A stretch of DNA of 59,772 nt, the filler included, from Dirinaria sp. TL-2023a (taxonomy: Eukaryota): the NCBI GenBank assembly GCA_051941275.1. It is 7 parts of 7 records of this genome, joined end to end, with 100 filler letters (N's around TTAATTAATTAA, not from the genome) between each part and the next. Parts side by side here need not be neighbours in the genome. Positions count along the whole stretch, not along the records: positions 51,348 to 59,772 come from JAVEBF010001184.1; 6 more parts are not named here. One strand, 5' to 3'. Each line of letters opens with the position of its first letter. The stretch's first letter is position 1. Positions 51,348 to 59,772 of this stretch are shown piece after piece. Both the position numbers and the translations under genes were made by a program. Below the pieces are notes generated by a model. The model did not search any database. It saw only the letters and a program-made list of their open reading frames with translations, and had not been told where the DNA came from.

Positions 51348-51905
51348 CTCGGACGTGCTTATCTAGAAAATAAGCAATACGAAGAGGCTGTGAGGATGCT
51401 TGAGCATGTTGTCAAGATTCGAGAGAAGCGAGAAGAATCTGATCCTAAAAGACTTGCTTCGGAGCACTGGCTCGAACGTGCTTATCTAGAAAATGAGCAG
51501 TACGAAGAGGCTGTGAAGATGCTTGAGCATGTTGTTAAAGTCGGGTGTGTCACTCTAAACGAGGATGATCGAAGTCGACTTAAGTTGCAGCATCAGCTCG
51601 GACGTGCTTATCTAAAAAATGAGCAATATGAGGAGGCTGTGAAGATATTTCAGCATGTTTTTAAGATTCTCGAGAGACGAGACGAATTTGACTCTGAAAG
51701 ACTTGCTTCGGAGCGCTGGCTCGCCCGCGCTTATGAAGCGAACGGACAGTATCCTCAAGCCAGTAAGCTGCTTGAGCATGTGGTGAAGATTAAAAGCGAG
51801 AAGACGTCGGAAGACGAGCCCAGTCGGATCCCTTCCCAACGCGCTCTCGCTCGTGTGAAGCGTTTATGTAGCGAGAACCCCGACTTACAAAATTCGAGCT
51901 CTTGA
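51348..51905 (+). CDS. C-terminal TPR-repeat fragment, probably of an NB-ARC/TPR fungal NLR; 5' truncated
   Basis: Repeats L(G/E/A)RAYL(E/K)NEQYEEAVKMLEHVVK...RLASEHW with strong nucleotide-level similarity between units. Confidence 0.8.
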   Translation, partial: LGRAYLENKQYEEAVRMLEHVVKIREKREESDPKRLASEHWLERAYLENEQYEEAVKMLEHVVKVGCVTLNEDDRSRLKLQHQLGRAYLKNEQYEEAVKIFQHVFKILERRDEFDSERLASERWLARAYEANGQYPQASKLLEHVVKIKSEKTSEDEPSRIPSQRALARVKRLCSENPDLQNSSS

Positions 51906-53849
51906 AAGGGACGCGATCATATTCCACTACTCTGGTCGTTTTCGAGTCATTTTCGAAGCCTTTGGGCTCGAGATGAAAGGATGTATGTGTTGTTATACAG
52001 TCAGTCGGGAACGTGGGAGTATGGCATGCCCGCGGAAGGCCAATCATTTTAGCAGAGTCGAGCATCCACTTATTTTCAGTGATGGTAATTCGACTACTGC
52101 TAGCGGTAAAAGGACTTCGTTAGGCAACGAATAAAAGCACGCTTGAGAGATCCAGGACAGGATGCATCATAAGCCGGAACATCAAAACAGTGCGAACTTC
52201 CGCATGCCAAATTCGGAACTTGGGCGTGATACAGGTTGGTGTACTATGAACGATATTTATTTGAGAACCAGGACCACGAGAAAGGCTGTAACCATGCTGT
52301 TTTGAAGATGAAGGTCGAGAAAGCTACCTCAAATCATACGAAGGGGCCGAAACGATTCTTTACGATCTAGAAAATCATGCACTTCAACTTCAGACGACAA
52401 AGGAACCCCAGCTTCTTCAACATGGCCCAACCACAACTAGCACCTCTAAATGATGCATTCCGGTCAAGCATCCGTTACAAAGCCCGCATACCTCGCACTT
52501 ACGATCCGTGAATCTACCGCCCGACGTTGTGCCCTCGTTAATGAATCCAAGGAGAACGTATTGACCCGAGTCGTCTGAAAAAGGCCTTGAGGAGGCAGAT
52601 AGTCAGAGTTCCAAGCCTGTCACTTGAATCTAGCCACTGAGTGGATCTGGAGTCGTACTTCTGAGCCAGCGACGGAATGACTCCTAATCTACCTGCGCTG
52701 CTATTGCAGATCAAGGCTGATTGTCCTCGCACCACTCGAGTCGAAAGGTTCGGGGTGCATACGCCGGCAGGGCATCTCCAGCTGTCAAGCAGTCAGCGGT
52801 GGGGATGCTGCAGTCTAAGGGGAGAAGTAACGATGGAATGGGGGAGCTATACGATTAGTAGGGATACAACTGGATATAGTGAGCAAGGTAGAAGAGGCTT
52901 CAGCTATGTGTTTGCATGGCCGGTGCGGGCTCTCACTCTCTCCTTCTTTCTTCTCTCCTCTTTTTGATGAGGTTTGGGGCGCTGCACCACGGTCGAAGAA
53001 TTGTTTCAGTTGGAGTATCTAGACTATTATGGATTGATAGCAGAAACAATTTCACTTTGATTGCACATATCCAAACGTGAGCCACCAAACTCCACTTTCC
53101 AAATCTCAGAAGTTCTGGCCTCTTCGCTGACTGGAGGACCATCCGAAACCAAAACGCAAAGTTTTCGGCGCCGTATAATGGAAGCCACTGGGGCAATGGT
53201 GTGACATCGAGGTCTACTGCATAATCTCTCAATAGCGGACTGATGGAACTGTGAGGCTTTATATTCAAGACGATATGCTGTAAATAGCATAATACGAGAA
53301 AACCTGTAATCCTTTCTTGACATTCCCGCAATGTAAGGCTTGCTACACCAGCTACAACGCTCTTTTACAGCAAGAGGAGTAACAAGGAAGTGAAGATTGC
53401 GAGAGAATTCAAAAAACGAAAACATCTACCTCGGAAGTAGGATTGAGAATCTTAAAGGAAAGGAAAAATTTAATCTAGGCTTTTCAGTGAAGACAACTCA
53501 AAGCTCCATTGCCTTGCTCCATGGAAATGAGATCAGCGCTCTGCGAGAATAGAATTTCTGCGAGATAGCAAACTAAATAACCATGATTTGGTGAGAAACC
53601 AGGTGGGCTTTAAGTAACAATTTCCGCCGATAAGGTGGATGCCTTACCTAAGGTAGGTACCTTAGGTTGTCCCCGGGATTTTTTAGTTGACGTTGCTAGT
53701 GGCGCTGATCGCACTAGGGAGCACTTTGGGCGCACCTTAGACTGTACGCGCGCTTAAGCCACCTTAGTTTTCTGGCCGCCAGCTATTATTCACTGAGCGA
53801 ACTTCTAGCTCTCGTCTTGTCCCGAATTTCCATCGCGCTTCAAGCAGCA

Positions 53850-55363
53850 ATGGACCTTTATCGCCATGCCATCAGCATGAGCAAAGATCCGAGAAACTCG
53901 CGATGGCTGTCCCCGCTTTTGCTGACAGCAGACAGCGCCCTCTGCGCGCTCATCATCTGGAAAGTGCCATGTAAGTCCCCCCCTCGGAATCCCGTCTTAC
54001 AAGCTATCACCAACAGATAGCGCGTCATTGAAATTCGACACTAACGCCGCTTTGCTAAGATACAGAGATCGATTGGAAAGCGTACATGCAGCAAGTCCAT
54101 CAGTACCAACAAGGCGAACGCGACTACACCCTGATCAAAGGCGATACCGGTCCTTTGGTGTACCCAGCAGCACACGTCTACATCTATAGCCTACTGTATC
54201 GCGTCACAAACGGAGGGAAGGATATATTCCTGGCTCAGCTCATCTTCGGAGGCTTGTACTTGAGCGTATTGAGCTTGGTCATGACGTGCTATCGCCAAGC
54301 GAAGGTGGGTTTCATGTGGACACGATGACAATGTTATGCTACGAGCTTCTCATGCTGACGCTCCAAAGGCACCGCCTTACATTTTCCCACTTCTCGTCCT
54401 TTCAAAGCGCATGCATAGCTTGTTCATGCTCCGGCTTTTCAACGACTGCTTTGCTGTTGGAGCTTTGTTCTTGGCTATTTACGCATACCAGAAACGGATA
54501 TGGACAATCGGTAGCTTCGCCTATTCGTTTGGAGTAGCGATTAAGATGAGCCTGCTGCTTGCGGCTCCAGGAGTAGGGATCATGCTACTACAAGCTCTGC
54601 CTTTCCGGAGAGCGGTTAATGCGGCGTTCTTAATGGCACAGGTGCAGGTATGTAGCCAGTCATTTTACGCTTGCAGGATTGGACTGATCAGCCATAGTTC
54701 ACGATGGCTCTCCCGTTTTTACCGGCAGGTGCAAAGGCCTACATATCGCGCGCTTTTCAGTTTACGAGGCAATTTCTTTTCAAGTGGACGGTCAATTGGA
54801 GGTTTGTTGGTGAAAAGACATTCCTATCCCGCGAATTTGCAATAGCGTTGGCTGTCTCTAACTTCAGCTGTATTATGCTATTTCTCGGCAGTCATTGGAC
54901 GCGTCCCTCAGACTTATCCATAGGAGACTTGATCGGAGCGGTTTTCAAGCCGCTTCCGCCCTCGGTACAGCAAAGAATATCTCTGCGCGTCACACCAGAC
55001 TACATTCTCACCACGATCTTGAGTTCCATGGCGATCGGCCTGCTCTGCGCCCGAAGCCTACATTATCAATTCTATGCCTACATTGCGTGGTCGTCCCCTT
55101 TTCTCCTGTGGAAGGCGGGCTTGCACCCAATCCTGGTTTACTCGGTCTGGGCCGCACAGGAATGGGCGTGGAATGTTTATCCGAGCACAAACGCTAGCTC
55201 CATGGTTGTTGTTGGGTGCTTGGCAGTCCAGGTCTTTGGAGTATGGTGGAGTACGAGAGACGAGATTTCTAACGTTCAATTGGCGGAGGAGCGCAATCAA
55301 ACACCAGCCAGCGGTAGCAAGTCGCACGCACCAGCAGACAAAGGTACAGATCGCAAAGCTTGA
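53850..55363 (+). CDS. ALG3: Dol-P-Man alpha-1,3-mannosyltransferase; 4 exons
   Basis: [78 protein letters not shown]. Confidence 0.96.
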
Positions 55364-55372
55364 GAGGGCAAT

Positions 55373-55838
55373 TCAGCTTTCACCTTCTGATAGCTCGGCC
55401 GGTGGCATCTTTCCAACCGTCGATTCTTCCTCGCTATCTTCGAAAGTCGGTGATTTCTTGGCGAACTCCTGAGGCCTTCAAAGACAAGGTCAGATAGAGG
55501 AGCGGCGTCGCAGAGCAGCATACAGACCAGTAATCTTGCTTCCGCCACTGCTTCTCATCGCGGATGATATTGGCAATCTCACCACCCAATTTATTACCCC
55601 GACTCCCAAAGGCAGACGTATCAATCACGACAAAGCTGCCGCGTTTGACCCAGATCTGTGAGCGGAAACGCGCTGGCAGCTCCACCAACAGCGGTTCTCC
55701 ATTGGAGGTTTTAACGGTGTAGAGGTTGTTGCCTTCCGCCTTTTGGATTTGTGCTATGACATGGGTGTCTTCGATGGAGTCCGGTGGGTTGACAGTCTCG
55801 GCAGCTGTCGCGAGCAGAATTCGCCTTGGTTTGCCCAT
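55373..55838 (-). CDS. S1/eIF1A-like OB-fold RNA-binding protein (EIF1AD family); 2 exons
   Basis: AEGNNLYTV, LVELPARFRSQIWVKRGSFVVID, DY|WPQEFAKK..ESTVGKMPP. Confidence 0.88.
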
Positions 55839-56021
55839 GGCGCCGAAACCCTTCTGAATTCTACAAGGGTTAAGTATGTACTGTAAGTGTGGTCACGACC
55901 TGCACGAAGAGAATTTCCCGTCTTTAGCACCCGAAACTCAATCGAGCCAGAGCAAAAAGTGTGGCGAGTGATGAGTCAGCAGAAGACCGGAGACGGAGAA
56001 AATGGCGCAAGTGGGCATCCA

Positions 56022-56057
56022 CCAATCCCATCAATCCCATCAATCCCATCAATCCCA
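56022..56057 (+). repeat. 9-bp tandem repeat (CAATCCCAT) x about 4
   Basis: CCAATCCCATCAATCCCATCAATCCCATCAATCCCA in the EIF1AD/MFS divergent intergenic region. Confidence 0.85.
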
Positions 56058-56365
56058 ACAACCAAAATTACGCCTGGAATTCTTTACTCTCCACGGCATG
56101 GCGAGATCGCCACTTCATTGATTACAATATCAATCAGCAACGATACATTAATATTACTACTATTTCGAAGTCGCATCAGGGTGGCTGTGACTCATGAGTG
56201 TGCTCCCATCTATCTTATCCTTCCTATATCTCTAATATTTGTGTTCTTCGATTCTCAGAACTGAACAGCTCTGCGAGCTTGAATATTGCTAGCCTGCCGG
56301 GCTGCATTTCCCCGCTGTGAGCCGGCAGACTTGGGGATCAGTCCTTACAGAGTTGAAAGACCGAC

Positions 56366-57847
56366 ATGGCTTCTCATAGTATTGGAGCCTTCATTGACCT
56401 CGAACAGAGGCCTTCAATTCAAGGTCCTCCAGCTGCGTTAAGAAAAGCTCCTCCTCTGCCGGACGTTCCAGCTGGCTATGAGCTTGATGATTTAACAAGG
56501 AATAGGCCGCACGATGGCCCATTATCGGAACCACCTACCCCCAGCGGTGCCCGAACGCCCAAGTCCCCGAATGAGCTCGAGATGAGCAGGCCACCAAGTC
56601 CCGTTGCCGACGATGCTGCCGATGTAGTGCAGACCCTCAATAATCCGCCAGTGAACAAGTGGCGGATGCTGAGTTGCTGCTGCATGTGCTTCGCCAATGG
56701 TTTGAACGATAGCGCTCCGGGAGCTCTGATCCCCTATATGGAGAGAGACTATGGCATCGGTTACGCTGTCGTCTCGCTGATCTTCGTCACCAATGCAATC
56801 GGTTTCATCAGCGCCGCACCTCTGACTCAGGTCCTGCAAGGACGACTCGGCCGTGCCAAAGTCCTCGTTCTAGCGGAAGGAATCATGTTGGCTGGCTACA
56901 TTATGCTTGTGGTACCCTCCCGGCCTTTTCCTGTCGTTGTTCTTGCTTTCCTTCTCTTGGGTGTAGGCATCGCTCTGAACCTTGCACCCAACAATGTCTT
57001 CTGTGCCAATCTGGCCAATTCAACTACTACGCTTGGCCTGTTTCATGGCTCCTATGGAATTGGAGGCACTATTGGCCCATTAATGGCTACTGCCCTCGTG
57101 TCCCACGGCTCACCCTGGTCCACTTTCTACACCATTTCCATCGGCATCACCGTTCTTAATCTTCTCCTCGCATACACCACCTTTCGTCACTACGAGCGCG
57201 ACAACCCTCCTTTGACAACTCTGCAAGTTACTACCTCTGGCAGCGAAGTCAATATCAGTAAATCCCGCTTGCTTAAGCAGTCACTGAAGAATAAGACAAC
57301 AGTATTGGGTGCACTCTTTATCTTCGCTTACCAGGGTGCTGAAGTCTCCATTTCTGGCTGGGTGATCTCGTTCTTAATCTCGTATCGTCATTCATCGCCG
57401 TCGAGAGTTGGCTACGTCACTGCCGGTTTTTGGGCTGGAATTACCCTGGGCCGCTTCCTCCTCTCGCACCCTGCCCACAAGCTGGGCGAAAAACGCGCTG
57501 TTGCCCTGCTCATCGTTGGGGCAGCTGCTTTCCAGCTGCTCGTCTGGCTCGTCCCCAACGTCATTGGGGAAGCTGTCGCTGTCGCCATCGTAGGCCTTCT
57601 GCTTGGACCGGTATATCCGTGCGCGACCGCGATTTTCTCGAGATTGCTCGAGAGAAGGCTGCAGATGACTAGTTTGGCGGTTGTGAGCGCCTTTGGGAGT
57701 AGTGGCGGGGCCGTGGCGCCATTTTTCACCGGGCTGCTTGCACAGGGTGTGGGAACCTGGGTGCTGCATCCGATCTGTATAGGGCTGTTCTCTGCTATGA
57801 TGGGCTGTTGGTTTGGGTTGCCGAGGGTGGGGAAGAGAAGGGATTAG
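56366..57847 (+). CDS. Major facilitator superfamily transporter (Bsc6/fucose-permease-like); intronless
   Basis: GLNDSAPGALIPYME, HGSYGIGGTIGP, FAYQGAEVSISGW, GFWAGITLGR, GPVYP; about 12 hydrophobic segments. Confidence 0.92.
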   Translation: MASHSIGAFIDLEQRPSIQGPPAALRKAPPLPDVPAGYELDDLTRNRPHDGPLSEPPTPSGARTPKSPNELEMSRPPSPVADDAADVVQTLNNPPVNKWRMLSCCCMCFANGLNDSAPGALIPYMERDYGIGYAVVSLIFVTNAIGFISAAPLTQVLQGRLGRAKVLVLAEGIMLAGYIMLVVPSRPFPVVVLAFLLLGVGIALNLAPNNVFCANLANSTTTLGLFHGSYGIGGTIGPLMATALVSHGSPWSTFYTISIGITVLNLLLAYTTFRHYERDNPPLTTLQVTTSGSEVNISKSRLLKQSLKNKTTVLGALFIFAYQGAEVSISGWVISFLISYRHSSPSRVGYVTAGFWAGITLGRFLLSHPAHKLGEKRAVALLIVGAAAFQLLVWLVPNVIGEAVAVAIVGLLLGPVYPCATAIFSRLLERRLQMTSLAVVSAFGSSGGAVAPFFTGLLAQGVGTWVLHPICIGLFSAMMGCWFGLPRVGKRRD

Positions 57848-58478
57848 AAGGCGATGTAGAAGAGACCAGAGGGGAGGGTTTTATAGTGGTATGATATGTC
57901 TACTAATTAAGGAGTTGCGAGTTGGGCAACACCAATTCATTTACTCATGTACCTTCTGCTTGTTCACGAAGCGAGCCGATGAAGCGAGAATAGCGCTAAG
58001 GGAGTATTCAGCGAATCGTGTATGAGTACATGTATTTAGGTGGGTTCCTGCTTCCCAGAAGCCAAACTACCTACGAGTATATAAGGTGAGCCGCCATCGG
58101 TGACCCGGTCTTGCCTCTGGTATCATATATAATTCTCGTCACGACCGCCACCGCCACCTCAACAAACATTACAACAACTCGAAGCCACCTAACTATATAT
58201 ACTAATCTATGTCGACGACATTTCCTACCCTTGAATGAGAAGTGCTTGCAGCCTGCCGAATCGACGGTCACCAAGAATTCGAAATTGTCTCAAAGTTAAT
58301 CACTTTTACACTTTCTTTTCGCTCGGCATGTGAAGATTGACTTATTTCCATAAAATTCGCTCTTGTCTCACTACTTAAACCCCCATTATCACCTCTCTCT
58401 TGCCTCTATCCTCGATAACTTTTACGTTAGTCCTGCGTCGATTCGGAAACTGCAACAATCAGTACCACAACATTCAGT

Positions 58479-59772
58479 ATGCCTCCGAAGCAGACGAGAG
58501 AGGCCAACAAGCAGCCCCTACACGTTACAGATGATCCCAGCCACCCCAACTTCTTCCACTCACCAACACTCGAACGTGGACGCAATGACCCAGCACCTGT
58601 ACAGGCGGCGCTGAATCGTCTCAACGTCAATGATCCCCCGACGGTTGGTGGCGTTGCATCTCCTACGTCAGTGCAGGATAGTCAACTAGAATCAGCCACC
58701 GGTGGAAGAGTAGCCAGCATGACATTACATATGCCTCCAGATGTGACCAATGATACCCATATTATAGCGGTATTGGGGATTAAGCCGAGATGGGCGTCAC
58801 CTCGAGACGATGGATGGCTTTTGAGTGACTTCTTAGCATTCTGGCTTCTGCTGAACGGGTTGACGAACTCTCAGACATGGCTTCATTGTCTTGACCTGGA
58901 CAAATTGGTTCGAGAACATGAGCAATACTTACACGGCAGCCCTTTCAAAGAGCGCAAAGTGGTTCTTAACGCACAGATGCTGCCCAAGATCAAGACGGCA
59001 CCCAACTCTCCTCGGTACATTGCTGGAGCGTCGCTCAGGCAAACATTCCTGGATGCCGTTACCACTGAGTGTAAGATAGCTCATGAGAAGAAGCACAATG
59101 TGCTGATACTAATGTTCGGACATGGTGAAGAGGACAGCAAGGGCATCGATATTGGTGTCGGGACGTACAAGACACTGAAGCTCAATGCTCTGAAAGAGAA
59201 TCTCAGAGGCTTCTCAGAGGCTAGAATCACCATATTTTCGACACCTTGCTTTTCTGGTGGATGGTCCTGTATCCCTGATGTGAGAGCACTCAACTCGACC
59301 ATGATGGCTCCCGGCACTGGTAAATTTAGCAAATCATGGAATTACTCGTTCTCATATGGTCGAGCCAGTGGCTCCATGTTCACGAGCGCAGTCGTTGAGA
59401 AGTTTATCAGTCTTTCTCCGGGAAATACGCTTCTTGATGCGGCCGAAGAGGAAGAACGGACTGAGGAGAAACAAATCACCCAGGAAGAGACCTATGGTGA
59501 ATTCTGTAGCAGCGTCTACAATACCCTCCTAACTAATCTCGATCGTAGGGGCCTCGAGCATGAAATCACATTCAGCGCGCAAGATGACAACTGGAGTAGT
59601 TACTTCAGCCAGCGTGTAGGCATCCCTCTTACCGACTTCAAAGCTCGCTGGGATGCTCTACCTGTCTATCCGGCAGACGCCCGCATGCACCCGGGTCACT
59701 GGGGTAATCGTGATCCCAATGTGTCAGCTCAGCTCGAGAAAGAATACAAGGACATCAGATCTCGAGCTACAC
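58479..59772 (+). CDS. Uncharacterised protein with caspase/legumain-like (clan CD) His-Cys dyad; runs off the window
   Basis: Uninterrupted 431-codon ORF, missing from the ORF track because it has no stop in the window. Contains DGWLLSDF, YLHGSPFKERKVVL, VLILMFGHG and ITIFSTPCFSGGW. Confidence 0.8.
   Translation, partial: MPPKQTREANKQPLHVTDDPSHPNFFHSPTLERGRNDPAPVQAALNRLNVNDPPTVGGVASPTSVQDSQLESATGGRVASMTLHMPPDVTNDTHIIAVLGIKPRWASPRDDGWLLSDFLAFWLLLNGLTNSQTWLHCLDLDKLVREHEQYLHGSPFKERKVVLNAQMLPKIKTAPNSPRYIAGASLRQTFLDAVTTECKIAHEKKHNVLILMFGHGEEDSKGIDIGVGTYKTLKLNALKENLRGFSEARITIFSTPCFSGGWSCIPDVRALNSTMMAPGTGKFSKSWNYSFSYGRASGSMFTSAVVEKFISLSPGNTLLDAAEEEERTEEKQITQEETYGEFCSSVYNTLLTNLDRRGLEHEITFSAQDDNWSSYFSQRVGIPLTDFKARWDALPVYPADARMHPGHWGNRDPNVSAQLEKEYKDIRSRAT

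Noticed and set aside
34194..51905. Linking the NACHT gene with the TPR fragment, or other genes across gaps, into one cluster
   Set aside because: They lie on different size-sorted contigs; the adjacency is artificial.
56188..56194. TGACTCA Gcn4/CpcA site upstream of the MFS gene
   Set aside because: Single 7-mer with no supporting context.

Overview
Intron-containing genomic DNA of a filamentous ascomycete (Pezizomycotina). The window is not one locus. It is seven ~8.4-8.5 kb contigs of steadily decreasing length, joined by artificial 100-bp N44-TTAATTAATTAA-N44 spacers, so adjacency across gaps is meaningless and many genes are truncated. Most genes are housekeeping: CFT1/CPSF160, LMBR1-family, ZFYVE19-like, cytochrome c1 heme lyase fragment, MVD1, ELP1, COX8, ILV6, RCC1, cyclase, ARL1, ARP8, MED13, ENP2, PEX11, KU80, luciferase-like, TMEM205-like, alpha/beta hydrolase, ALG3, EIF1AD and an MFS transporter. 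The main observations are: (1) a candidate compact telomerase RNA gene head-to-head with KU80, with template TAACCCTAA directly behind a boundary-like hairpin; (2) a head-to-head pair of a Rad5/16-type SNF2 ATPase and a NACHT protein ending in C2H2 zinc fingers; (3) an unannotated clan-CD (caspase/legumain-fold) protease-like ORF at the window end; (4) a long CFT1 intron with a possible poison 3' splice site; (5) a degenerate ~130-bp tandem repeat array behind RCC1. Exon boundaries were read by eye and no database searches were run.
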